A program made the position numbers and the translations under genes. The notes under the pieces are model-generated. The model did not search any database, was not told the origin of the DNA, and worked only from the letters and a program-made list of their open reading frames with translations. From Desulfobacterales bacterium (GTDB taxonomy: Bacteria; Desulfobacterota; Desulfobacteria; Desulfobacterales; UBA2174): DNA of 64,000 nt. This document shows, piece after piece, positions 18,761-28,021 of this stretch. The stretch is taken from the NCBI GenBank assembly GCA_963668645.2, contig CAXXWC010000003.1, forward strand, positions 192,001 through 256,000, in the 5' to 3' direction. Position 1 is the first letter of the stretch; each line of letters opens with the position of its first letter.

Positions 18761-20674
18761 CTAGCTCGAACGACGCAGCTTTCTGACCTCGCCGACACGA
18801 ATGGTGACGTTTTGCCCGTCGAAGTATTCGGCCAAGGGGATCAGATACTTGCGCGAAACCCCGGTCATGTCCTTGAACTGCGGTGTGCTGATGTCACCGT
18901 TGGCTTTGAGAAAATCGACCAGGCGATCCCTGAGGGCATCGATGACCCGGTGATCGAAATAAAGGTCTTCCTTGACCTTGATCAGTTCTCCCGCATTGAC
19001 CAGAAGCAGGAGCACATCCTTGGCCTGGGCAGGGGGGACGCCGGCCCCCTGGACCAGCTCCTTGAAATAGGGCGGCTGCAATCCGCCACTTCGGTAGGCC
19101 TCCAGGAACCGCCCCTGCAGCTCGCTCTGGTCGGCGGCCAAAGAGATGCGGTGATCGGCCAGGCGCACCGCATCTTCCTCGATCACCAGGTCCTGTTCCT
19201 TGCCCATCTGGTTGAGCACCAGGGTAAAGAGCTTGGGGCTGGCACCCCTGGGAAACTTGCTTCGAAGCTCCTCTTTGGGCATTCCGGCCTTGAGAGGATT
19301 GGCCTTGTGATAACGTGCCAGCACCGCCCGGCACTGATCCCTGAGGGCCTCGAAGCTGTCGCTATGGATGTATGTCTGCGGATCGCGGTCGATGAGCAGG
19401 GCTGCACGCCGGGACATGAGTTGGGCCAACACGCTTTCCAGGGCCTTGTCGGTCAGATTGGTCATCAATCGCAGGTGGCCCAGGCTAACCCCCTTGAAGG
19501 CGGCGGCCGCCAGACTCTGGGTCACCACGGTTTCGGCAGATCCCCCGTTCAAGGCGCCAAGAGCGGCCGACACCTCAACCCGGCCCCGCTTATGCTTGGC
19601 CGGAATGGGATTGAGCACCTTGCCGCCGGCCACGGTGCGTACCGGCGAATAACTGCGCAGCACGTAGCGGTCGTCCTTGACCAGGGCCACCGGCGTGTCC
19701 AGGCGCAGTTGGGCCATCGCCTGTTCGCCGGGTTCGACTTCGTCGCGATCCAGCAGCACCAATACGCCCAGCACCTCGCTGGTGCCGGTGTGAAAGCGCA
19801 CCCGGACGCGGTTTTTGAGCGCCTTTTTGTTGCTGGCCAGGCAAAGCAGGGAAACGTCGACCATGTAGCTGGACGCCAGGGCCCCAGAGGTCGAAACCAC
19901 CTCCCCGCGCTCCACGGCCGCCTTTTCCAGGCCCTGAAGATTGATGGCGGTGCGCTGGCCCACCAGGGCCTCTTCCACCGCAGCGTTGTGCACCTGGATC
20001 CCGCGCACCTTGCTGGTGAGCCCGGAAGGATAAAGCATCACGCTGTCGCCCACCCGCACCCGGCCGCTGCTCAGGGTGCCGGTGATCACCGTGCCGAAGC
20101 CCTTCATGGTAAAAACCCGGTCCACCGGGAGGCGGAACAGCCCGGTGGGTTCGCGTGAGGGCACATCAGTCGCCAGCCGGTCCAGGGTGGCGATAAAGTC
20201 CTCCAGCCCCTGGCCGGTCACCGCCGACACCGGCACGATGGGGGCCCCTTCAAGGAAGGTGCCGGCCAGGTAGTCCCTCACGTCCTCCTGGGCCAAGTCA
20301 AGCATTTCCGCATCGACCATGTCGATCTTGGTCAGGGCCACAAATCCGTGGTGTACCCCGAGCAGGGTGCAGATCTCCATATGCTCGCGGGTCTGGGGCA
20401 TCACGCCTTCGTCGGCAGCGATCACCAGCACCACGATATCGATCCCGGTGGCCCCGGCCACCATGTTCTTGACGAATTTTTCGTGGCCGGGCACATCAAC
20501 GATTCCGATACGCAACCCGCTGGGAAGATCCAGGACGGCAAAGCCGAGTTCGATGGTGATGCCGCGCAGCTGTTCTTCCTTGAGCCGGTCGGTGTTGATC
20601 CCGGTCAGGGCTTTGATCAGAGAAGTCTTCCCGTGGTCGATATGTCCGGCTGTGCCGAGGACGATCCGTTTCAT
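18761..20674 (-). CDS. selB: Selenocysteine-specific elongation factor
   Basis: [31 protein letters not shown]-terminal winged helices ending [15 protein letters not shown]. Confidence 0.97.
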   Translation of the reverse strand: MKRIVLGTAGHIDHGKTSLIKALTGINTDRLKEEQLRGITIELGFAVLDLPSGLRIGIVDVPGHEKFVKNMVAGATGIDIVVLVIAADEGVMPQTREHMEICTLLGVHHGFVALTKIDMVDAEMLDLAQEDVRDYLAGTFLEGAPIVPVSAVTGQGLEDFIATLDRLATDVPSREPTGLFRLPVDRVFTMKGFGTVITGTLSSGRVRVGDSVMLYPSGLTSKVRGIQVHNAAVEEALVGQRTAINLQGLEKAAVERGEVVSTSGALASSYMVDVSLLCLASNKKALKNRVRVRFHTGTSEVLGVLVLLDRDEVEPGEQAMAQLRLDTPVALVKDDRYVLRSYSPVRTVAGGKVLNPIPAKHKRGRVEVSAALGALNGGSAETVVTQSLAAAAFKGVSLGHLRLMTNLTDKALESVLAQLMSRRAALLIDRDPQTYIHSDSFEALRDQCRAVLARYHKANPLKAGMPKEELRSKFPRGASPKLFTLVLNQMGKEQDLVIEEDAVRLADHRISLAADQSELQGRFLEAYRSGGLQPPYFKELVQGAGVPPAQAKDVLLLLVNAGELIKVKEDLYFDHRVIDALRDRLVDFLKANGDISTPQFKDMTGVSRKYLIPLAEYFDGQNVTIRVGEVRKLRRSS

Positions 20675-20868
20675 GAATTTGATTTCGGCTCCCGGTCCCG
20701 ATCCTGTCGCTTGCGACGCCAAGCCTCGGTAATATAGGCCATACCCACCAGAAAAACGGCCAATCCGATGGCATAGCCGATCCCGGCGTGCGGATAGAAA
20801 AAACGCAGGAGCAGCACGGCAAAAACGACGCCGAGAACTGCACGGATGGCAAAGATCTGGTAGTGCAT
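20671..20868 (-). CDS. Small two-TM membrane protein, translationally coupled to selB
   Basis: Two hydrophobic stretches and a basic tail; stop overlaps selB ATG (ATGA). Confidence 0.7.
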   Translation of the reverse strand: MHYQIFAIRAVLGVVFAVLLLRFFYPHAGIGYAIGLAVFLVGMAYITEAWRRKRQDRDREPKSNS

Positions 20869-20967
20869 CAACAGGTCCGTCCCGTGCGGCAATGCCCGCG
20901 GGCCTAGGCATCTTCATAGGATCGCCGGCCCGCATAAGCGGTTTAAGATCGAAAAATACTGTCGGAT

Positions 20968-21049
20968 CTTATAGTAGGATGACCTCCGGGGTCAATACCG
21001 AGAGGGCATGAGTTTTGCTCTTGCCAGTTTCTTCAGGGTCTGCTACAAG
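20968..21049. promoter_or_regulatory. Divergent sigma70-type promoters (selB operon / tRNA-His)
   Basis: Minus TTGACC-16-TATAAG; plus TTGCCA(21021)-17-TACAAG. Confidence 0.5.
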
Positions 21050-21064
21050 ACCATTTTCGCTTGT

Positions 21065-21141
21065 GGTGGGTGTAGCTCAGTTGGTAGAGCACCGGGTTGT
21101 GGCCCCGGTTGTCGTGGGTTCAAGTCCCATCACTCACCCCA
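21065..21141 (+). tRNA. tRNA-His (GTG)
   Basis: CCGGG-TTGTGGC-CCCGG anticodon arm, G-1:C73, CCA end. Confidence 0.95.
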
Positions 21142-21158
21142 CTAAAAGCAAAGCCCCG

Positions 21159-21195
21159 GCAAGACCACGGTCCGAAGACCGTGGTCTTGCTTTTT
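21159..21195 (+). terminator. Intrinsic terminator after tRNA-His
   Basis: gcaagaccacggtc-cgaa-gaccgtggtcttgc 14-bp stem + TTTTT. Confidence 0.85.
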
Positions 21196-21264
21196 CCTCT
21201 GGCGTGGGTTAACAGCAACAGACATTGAAAATCGGGACGGGTTCCTGCCCATCCCCCCCCCTTA

Positions 21265-21341
<77 letters not shown>

Positions 21342-21348
21342 GAAAATC

Positions 21349-21390
21349 AAGCGGTTACGGCATCACAAGCCGTAACCGCTTCTTTGTTTT
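21349..21390 (+). terminator. Intrinsic terminator after tRNA-Arg
   Basis: aagcggttacggc...gccgtaaccgctt stem + T-rich tail. Confidence 0.8.
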
Positions 21391-21728
21391 CCACCCTGTG
21401 CGACCGTTACAAAAAACGGCATCTTCCAGTTCTTGGCGGCGTTCTGGTGTATTTTCAATCCCCGAAATTGCCGACTATGCCTCCGGTGAAAAACTCCATT
21501 GAGCCTTGCCAGGAAACAAAATATAGAATTTCCTAACGGACATTATATATACTGCCATCGCAGGTCCTCATGCGATGTTGCAACCGATTTCAACTGCTCC
21601 CATATGCTCGAAATGTCCTGCTTTTCGCGCAGAGCAGCTATTCAATTCTTCCCGCCGTCCGACCCAATTTAAAGTCCAACGCTTTACGTCCTTTTGGTGA
21701 AATCAGCAGATCTTGGGTTCACCGAGAA

Positions 21729-21880
21729 TTACTGTCCCATCTTGCCTTGAAGGGCCAAATACGATATAAATCGCCTTCTTTTCACAAATCCCACATCTTC
21801 GGGGTGCTTCTGGCCATGAAACAACCGATAGCGAAAAATTCAGCAGGATTTCTCGGAACTCGGCACATTATAAAGGTAAA
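21729..21880 (-). pseudogene. Relic of integron-integrase-type N-terminal SAM-like domain
   Basis: Minus-strand translation YLYNVPSSEKSC*IFRYRLFHGQKHPEDVGFVKRRRFISYLALQGKM resembles the IntI N-terminus (FHGKRHP.EMG..E...FL..LA); in-frame stop. Confidence 0.55.
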
Positions 21881-22087
21881 ACGGTCGAATGGGGTCGGTG
21901 CCAGCCTGCATATCGAGCTATTTGGAGGTCGGCAGAGCCCCTACCACCGACCGCTGCACGAGTTGTTTGACCGGATCGGAGGTTCTCGCAAAGCAGATAG
22001 TTTCGGCGGCCATCCTATTATCGCCTGCTTGATTTGCACTATATCATAATAGCGTATTGTACGCTGGGCCGTTCCAGGAGAAAATGA

Positions 22088-22438
22088 ATGCCAGAAAAAA
22101 AAGAAGCAATTAAGGCAAGAAGAACCCATTTGGATATGAAAATTTCAATCTTTGATGTCCCACCATGTGGGGATGTTTTGGTTCTCGCAAAACATGCACC
22201 TGTCGGTCCCAAAGCCGCTCAGAAAATGATGGACACAATATGTCCAGGGTTATTTGAACTTGTGGAAATAGATGATGACATCATTGAGGCGCTTATCGTT
22301 AAACGCCAACTGTTCCTTATGGCTGACAAGCAATCGATAGTTAGCGCGATCCTTGAGGAGACAAAGATCTTTATGTCTCCACAATTAATGGCCAAAATTG
22401 AAGTGGATATTAAAATATTGGTTTCCAAAGCCATATAG
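22088..22438 (+). CDS. Hypothetical protein upstream of sensor kinase
   Basis: Compact AT-rich ORF with globular composition, 10 bp from the kinase start. Confidence 0.7.
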   Translation: MPEKKEAIKARRTHLDMKISIFDVPPCGDVLVLAKHAPVGPKAAQKMMDTICPGLFELVEIDDDIIEALIVKRQLFLMADKQSIVSAILEETKIFMSPQLMAKIEVDIKILVSKAI

Positions 22439-22448
22439 ATAGACAAGT

Positions 22449-23675
22449 ATGCTCAAGGCTATCGACATCGCTATCAAAAATATCCCTCGCATTGAATCCG
22501 ATAGTTCGGTCGTTGATGCTCTCGAATTGATGCTACAAAGCAATACAACGACATTATTTCTCTACGATGCAAAAACGTTTAAAGGTCCAATTTGCCGTGG
22601 CAATTTATCCGGTTATCCGCTCACCCGCCTTCTGATGGACTGCCCTTGCTCTCCTTTCGTCTCCATTAAAGATAATGAGCCGTTCTCCAAAATAAAAGAT
22701 ATCTTTCATGAAGTTGGGAAAAAGCACATAATTGTTAAGGATGATTCCGAAGAACCATTAGGCCTGGTTGAAACCTCATTTCTGCTTTCGAATCTTTTTA
22801 ATCCAAATAGCGATATCTCTGAAGCTATCCGGTCAGATTTAATAGATACCTTATACAGATCAGCAGAAAATACGCAATCAGTTTCAAATGCTTTAGATCC
22901 ATTTTCCGATAAAATCAACTCACTTGAAAAACTGGCTATTGCAGGACAAATCTCCACAGGTATTGCGCACGATGCAAACAATCTTCTCACCGCAATAATG
23001 GGAAATACTGAACTTGCGCTACTTGAGTTTAATGACAGCTTTTCAAAAAAAGACACCCCCCATTTCAACGAATATTTAGAGACTATATTATCTTCTGTTA
23101 ATCAATGCATAAAACTACTCAGGTCTTTTATTTCCATATCAAAACCATCGAACGTATCCATTCCCGAAGAGATAGTAAACGTAAACGAAATATGCTTAGA
23201 AACAATCAGTCTACTTTGTTCTTCGATAAAATACTCTTCTAATATATCATTTTCACATCGTTTGAATGCATACAGACCCAAAATATCGTGCTCTAAAAGT
23301 CGAGTTCTGAATTCTCTTATAAACTTATGTTTAAATGCACGCGACGCATTGCCAGCAGGAGGAAATATAGAACTGGCCACTTCAAATATAATCCTTAAAG
23401 AGCCATACAATAATGCCTATGGATTTTCCATTACTGAAGGCTCCTACGCCATTATTTCGATTTCAGACAATGGGAAAGGCATTCCGCACGAGTCTTTGGC
23501 ATCGATTTTTGAGCCTTATTTTACAACAAAGCCAACCGGAACAGGGTTGGGGTTGTCAAATATCCGGCAAATCATATCCGAACTAAATGGCCTTATTGAC
23601 GTCGAAAGCACTGAAGGTTCTGGCACCACATTTAAATTATACATCCCTACTGTTTCTGACAGATCTGGTATTTAG
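22449..23675 (+). CDS. Cytoplasmic sensor histidine kinase with N-terminal CBS-like pair
   Basis: H-box GIAHDANNLL, N-box NLCLNARDA, DNGKGI, IFEPYFTTK, GTGLGLS; no TM segment. Confidence 0.9.
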   Translation: MLKAIDIAIKNIPRIESDSSVVDALELMLQSNTTTLFLYDAKTFKGPICRGNLSGYPLTRLLMDCPCSPFVSIKDNEPFSKIKDIFHEVGKKHIIVKDDSEEPLGLVETSFLLSNLFNPNSDISEAIRSDLIDTLYRSAENTQSVSNALDPFSDKINSLEKLAIAGQISTGIAHDANNLLTAIMGNTELALLEFNDSFSKKDTPHFNEYLETILSSVNQCIKLLRSFISISKPSNVSIPEEIVNVNEICLETISLLCSSIKYSSNISFSHRLNAYRPKISCSKSRVLNSLINLCLNARDALPAGGNIELATSNIILKEPYNNAYGFSITEGSYAIISISDNGKGIPHESLASIFEPYFTTKPTGTGLGLSNIRQIISELNGLIDVESTEGSGTTFKLYIPTVSDRSGI

Positions 23676-23720
23676 AAGAAGAGATTATTTGGCTACCCTA
23701 TCATCTTTGCCGGATTGGCT

Positions 23721-24032
23721 TTAAATTTCTCTGGAAGAAGCCGCACCATGACCATTCACCCTCTCCCTCAGTTTGCGCGAGCACCGGAACACCACCACGC
23801 GACGAGCGCTTAGTGTAATCTGCTCTCCTGTCGCAGGGTTCCGCCCGATCCGGGGCATTTTGCCTTTAACTTCGAACTTGCCGAAACCTGAAACCAGAAG
23901 GTCCTCTCCAGCCATGAGGGTCTCCTTGATGATCTCCAGCAGGGCCTCGATTATCACCGCTGAGCGGCTACTGTCACAACCGAGAGACTGGGCTACGACA
24001 TCGGCAAACTTGGTCTTGGTCAGGGTCCCCAT
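23721..24032 (-). CDS. ihfA: Integration host factor alpha-like protein
   Basis: TLTK...LVSGFGKFEVK..RIGRNPATGE.ITLSARRVVVFRCSRKLRER. Confidence 0.88.
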   Translation of the reverse strand: MGTLTKTKFADVVAQSLGCDSSRSAVIIEALLEIIKETLMAGEDLLVSGFGKFEVKGKMPRIGRNPATGEQITLSARRVVVFRCSRKLRERVNGHGAASSREI

Positions 24033-24518
24033 ATTGTTTATCCTCAGGAATTTTATAACAGTAGTTTTTATTTAAATGCCATTACTGCGAATGAATGTCA
24101 AGCAGGTACTTTCCCATTGATTTCAGTGATTTTTTCCTCCATAGCTGTTCACTGACCCATACCGGACAGCACGCCGGAATTGGCCATGATAAAATTTTCG
24201 ACGGCGCCAGGATTCAGCAGGATTTTTTTAGCGAAAAACTCTCTTCGAGTCGGCCATGAACCTGGGACAGGAGATGCTCCAGGCCTTGTTCCTGGCCGGA
24301 TCTTTTTGAAATGATGAAAGATCTGTCATATCTGGAACTGAAAGACGAAGTTCGAATCCTGCTACTCTGCCCCCCTGTGTCAGGATATTTGTCGCATGAA
24401 CTTAGATCATCTATAAAAGGAGCGAAAAAGGTTCCTGCGTGCGATTTCACCAGAACGTAAATGTTGAATTACTGCGTGATCGGTCTTGAGGGGCCGGGTC
24501 GGTTGAGCTTTTCAGACT

Positions 24519-24923
24519 TCATAGCCACAGAACCGAAACGCGCGACTCCACTTGTTTGAATTCACGATCTCCGGTAACGATGGTGGACATGCTCTCCGCG
24601 GCAGCTGCCACCACAAAGGCATCTGCATAAGAAAGCGGATACTGCGCCTTGATATCCGCAGCTGCAAGAACGCGTTCGGTCCCGGCATCCAACAGCTCCA
24701 CCGGAAGCCGCAAAATGTCCTCCACGATGGCCAGGGCGGTTTCTTTGCCCCTTTTGCGAGTCACGATGTAGTAGATCTCCCCCAGGCTGATCACCGAAAG
24801 CAGCACTGAAGCACGGCGGGCCGACGCCTCTTTCAGGATCTGGCGGACCTTGATCCCGCCTGCTTCGGCCTGGAAATAGGCCAGCAGGGCGTAGCTATCG
24901 AGAATGAAGTTTGTTTTCTTCAC
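24519..24923 (-). CDS. vapC: PIN-domain toxin (VapC family)
   Basis: ILDSYALLAY, LGEIYY, LSYADAF, IVTGDREF. Confidence 0.9.
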   Translation of the reverse strand: MKKTNFILDSYALLAYFQAEAGGIKVRQILKEASARRASVLLSVISLGEIYYIVTRKRGKETALAIVEDILRLPVELLDAGTERVLAAADIKAQYPLSYADAFVVAAAAESMSTIVTGDREFKQVESRVSVLWL

Positions 24924-25164
24924 AGGTGCGATCTTCTTTTCTGGCCTCCAGAATCGCCGCAGTCAGCGATTCGCCTCCAGCCAGTTTCCCAAAAAAGGCA
25001 TCCACGGGATCGACATCCTGGGGCGTCAGGACGATTTTGCCATCAACTTCGGTGACCACCATCTTCATGCCCGGCTTCAATCCGATTTTTCGTCGCAGCA
25101 AAGAGGGAATGACCACCCAGCCTTTCGAAGAGACCGTCACTGTGGAAGAATAGGCCGTCACCAT
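24895..25164 (-). CDS. AbrB/MazE/SpoVT-family antitoxin
   Basis: VTVSSKGWVVIPSLLRRKIGLKPG; overlaps the toxin start. Confidence 0.88.
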   Translation of the reverse strand: MVTAYSSTVTVSSKGWVVIPSLLRRKIGLKPGMKMVVTEVDGKIVLTPQDVDPVDAFFGKLAGGESLTAAILEARKEDRTCEENKLHSR

Positions 25165-25409
25165 GAACCCTCCAACCGTTATACGATTTTTGCATAAACG
25201 TATAACATCTGCTGAGAGGTGTCAATCCAGCTCTCGCAGCACGGCTATGGGCTCCGCCGGGTGAGCAGGATGACTGCTGGAGAAAGTGTAGACAGCCTGG
25301 AGACGGCCATCGCAAGTAGCCGCCTGTGCGGCCGTTGTTACCCCATATATGCCCAAGGCATGTATACCAGGTCCCACGGTAAAACATACCCAACCTCCGG
25401 TTGAGATTC

Positions 25410-25545
25410 TTGCCTGATCTGAACCGCTTAGCGACAGCGCCCGGAAGAAAGAGTCGGCTGTTTGCCGGCAACCCCGCCAGCACCCTGGCCGCTACGACGA
25501 TTCATGGCCTGATCGAGACGGCTCAGGGTCAACGGGATCAAGTCG
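25410..25545 (+). mobile_element. IS66-family transposase (TnpC) C-terminal relic
   Basis: GRKSRLFAGNPASTLAATTIHGLIETA then frameshifted VNGI; matches the IS66 motif GRKNWLFAG....A...YSLIETAK.NG. Confidence 0.65.
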
Positions 25546-25634
25546 ATAAATTACGTTGCCTGACATACAAAAAATATGGCAAAAGCGTTGTTTTCAGACC
25601 TTTTCGCCCAGTATCCTTTTTGGGAGGTTTTGGC

Positions 25635-26069
25635 ATGTTTGATTATCCGGCCTATTTGAAAAAACTCACCTCAGGTGAGCCTGTGGACAACCCTTTTCTT
25701 GATTTTCTGGGGATCACCGTCGAGGAGATCCGCCAAGGTTATGCTCGATTCAGCATGGCCATCCGGCCCGAGTTTCGGCAAGGGGCGGGAATTCTCCAGG
25801 GCGGGCTCTCCATCTCGCTTTCCAGCGAAACAGCCGCTCATGCCGTGATGACCACTCTCGCCCCGGGTGAAAACCTGACCACGATCGAGCTGAAAAACAA
25901 CTTCCTGTCCATGGCCTCCGAGGGACGCTTGATTGCTGAAGCGACTGTGTTCAAACGCGGGCGCATATTAGTTATCGTCGACTGCATCGTCCGCGATGAT
26001 CGGGGCAAGGATATTTCCCGGAGCAGTGCCACCCTGATGGTGATTCGAGAGCAAACCCGTTCGAAGTGA
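25635..26069 (+). CDS. PaaI-family thioesterase
   Basis: NPFLDFLGI, GILQGG, TTIELKNNFL; GGAGG before ATG 25635. Confidence 0.88.
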   Translation: MFDYPAYLKKLTSGEPVDNPFLDFLGITVEEIRQGYARFSMAIRPEFRQGAGILQGGLSISLSSETAAHAVMTTLAPGENLTTIELKNNFLSMASEGRLIAEATVFKRGRILVIVDCIVRDDRGKDISRSSATLMVIREQTRSK

Positions 26070-26123
26070 GCGCTGATCACAATCAGCCTGCACAATTTTG
26101 GGCACAGCGGCCCTTCCAAAAGA

Positions 26124-26160
26124 GAAAGGGGTTACCCCAACTAAGAGTAACCCCCTTTTC
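26124..26160. terminator. Bidirectional terminator between PaaI gene and tRNA-Phe
   Basis: gaaaggggttac...gtaacccccttttc. Confidence 0.7.
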
Positions 26161-26174
26161 TCACTTGCTTTGTA

Positions 26175-26250
26175 TGGTGCCGAGGGACGGAATCGAACCG
26201 CCGACACGGGGATTTTCAGTCCCCTGCTCTACCGACTGAGCTACCTCGGC
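26175..26250 (-). tRNA. tRNA-Phe (GAA)
   Basis: GCCGAGG acceptor, GGGGA-CTGAAAA-TCCCC anticodon arm, CCA; TTGACA-17-TATGAA upstream. Confidence 0.96.
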
Positions 26251-26393
26251 AAACCAGCATCGGGTGGGTCAAACGAAAGCGCATTCATAGAGAAAGCCGG
26301 CCGCGATGTCAAGCCCAAAATGCAACTGCTGCGGTCCGCAGTACGGCTTGAAGCCCATTTTCAACATTGCCGCCCCAAGCTTCAGCTGCCCTG

Positions 26394-27131
26394 TCAAAGG
26401 TCTCCCAGCCGGTGCTGCACCAGGGCGCAGGCCGCCACGGTGGCGGTTTCGGCCCGCAGGATACGCGGTCCGAGACTGGCGACCTGAAATCCCGCCTCCC
26501 GGGCGGTGGCAATCTCCCCGGCTTCAAAACCGCCTTCCGGGCCCATTAAAATGGCCGCCGATACCACCGGAGGCGCTGCACCGGCCAGAATTTCGCTTAG
26601 ATTCCGGCCGCCTTCTTCCCAGAAAACGATTTTCAGGGCGCATTGCGAGGCCAGCTGAAAGGCCTCTGCCACGGTGCAGGGTCGTTCGATCGAGGGAATG
26701 CGCCCTCGCCGGCACTGCTTGAGCGCTTCAGCCGCGATCTTTTCCCAGCGTTGGATACGGGCATCAATCCGCCGCCCTTCCGGACGCGGCACGCTACGCC
26801 GGGTAAACACCGGCACGAAGCGTATCACGCCCAGTTCGGTGGTCTGCCGTACCAGTTGGTCCATCTTTTTTTCCTTCAAAAATCCCTGCAACAGAATCAA
26901 CGTCAAGGGCGATTCGCTACAGCTCGCTAGCGTAGCCTCGATCAAAACCCTGACCACTCCGCGATCGACGGCGACAACCCGCCCCTCGTATTCCATCCCC
27001 CTGCCGTCATATAAACGCACCGGGGCTCCGACTCCCAACCGCAGCACCTGTACCAGATGCCGGCCGTCCTCAGCCGAAAGAGAAACCGTTCGCTGGCCTC
27101 CAGCCGGCGGATCGATATAGAAACGACGCAT
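26394..27131 (-). CDS. rsmE: 16S rRNA m3U1498 methyltransferase
   Basis: HLVQVLRL, TELGV, MGPEGGF, LGPRILRAETA. Confidence 0.95.
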   Translation of the reverse strand: MRRFYIDPPAGGQRTVSLSAEDGRHLVQVLRLGVGAPVRLYDGRGMEYEGRVVAVDRGVVRVLIEATLASCSESPLTLILLQGFLKEKKMDQLVRQTTELGVIRFVPVFTRRSVPRPEGRRIDARIQRWEKIAAEALKQCRRGRIPSIERPCTVAEAFQLASQCALKIVFWEEGGRNLSEILAGAAPPVVSAAILMGPEGGFEAGEIATAREAGFQVASLGPRILRAETATVAACALVQHRLGDL

Positions 27132-27369
27132 CCCAAAACCTTGCTAAAGACAAAACAATGAGCCACACCCGCAGTCTCAGGCAAAGGGCCGACCACCGGC
27201 CCACGACTCATCACTATCGCCTGGAAGGCCTTACGACAACTTGTTTTTGGATTTCGAGAATCTTCCAAAGCGCTTGACACAAGGCCATCGCCATGATAAA
27301 TCCTAAAAAATTTAGATGGTTGGATATAAGTCCCGAACATTTGGGACCTAATCAAGGGAGCGCAGGCCA

Positions 27370-27897
27370 ATGACCCAAACTCGCAACCAGATGAATGGCG
27401 CCGAGGATGAATCGTCGGGACCGATCATCGAACTGACCGAACGGATCAAGCCGCAAGACCTGGAACAAGGCCCAATAATTGAATTGACCGCGCCGATCCA
27501 GAGCCAAGCGGAAATTACGCCTCCAGGGATAGAGCCGTACACCGAGGAGCGCCACGACTTTCCGGACACGGCCTTCGTACTGGACGAGGAAATCGGCGAA
27601 GACATCGAAGCCGATTATTTCGTAGACTCTCTGGGCATCGAAATCCCGGCAGTCCAGGAGCCTGAAACCAGGCCCGAAGCCGAAGAAGTGATTACCGAAG
27701 CCGACGCAATCGCTGCGACGGACGCCGCTCCGGTGCTGACTGCCGAGAGGATCGAAGCGACTCTCGAACGGGTAGTGGAAAAAGTATACACTGAAAAGAT
27801 CGAAGGCGTTCTGGTAGAAGTCATCGAACGGGTAGTCGCCCGTGAAATCGAACGCCTGCGATCTTTGCTTAGCGGTGAGAGCGATTCAGACGCGTAA
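27370..27897 (+). CDS. Acidic, probably disordered protein with C-terminal amphipathic helices (PopZ/RomR-C-like)
   Basis: Duplicated GPIIELT motif, E/D/P-rich middle, tail VLVEVIERVVAREIERL; directly upstream of valS. Confidence 0.7.
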   Translation: MTQTRNQMNGAEDESSGPIIELTERIKPQDLEQGPIIELTAPIQSQAEITPPGIEPYTEERHDFPDTAFVLDEEIGEDIEADYFVDSLGIEIPAVQEPETRPEAEEVITEADAIAATDAAPVLTAERIEATLERVVEKVYTEKIEGVLVEVIERVVAREIERLRSLLSGESDSDA

Positions 27898-28021
27898 GCG
27901 TTTGCCTTGGCAAACCGACGAGAATCGCTAAAATTATTGCCATAAGACCAGATCGGGGAGGATTGAAGCTTAATCCCCGATCTTCGCTTTTTGCAGGAAC
28001 CCTCCAAGGAGCCCTATTCGC

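Noticed and set aside
21570..22049. 159-aa plus-strand ORF
   Set aside because: No motifs, and it overlaps the minus-strand integrase relic
24345..24375. GTTCGAATCC tRNA-like fragment as an att site
   Set aside because: No paired T-stem and no match to the 3' ends of the flanking tRNAs
25401..25634. N-terminal extension of the PaaI ORF
   Set aside because: Explained by an in-frame IS66 relic; the ribosome-binding site points to ATG 25635
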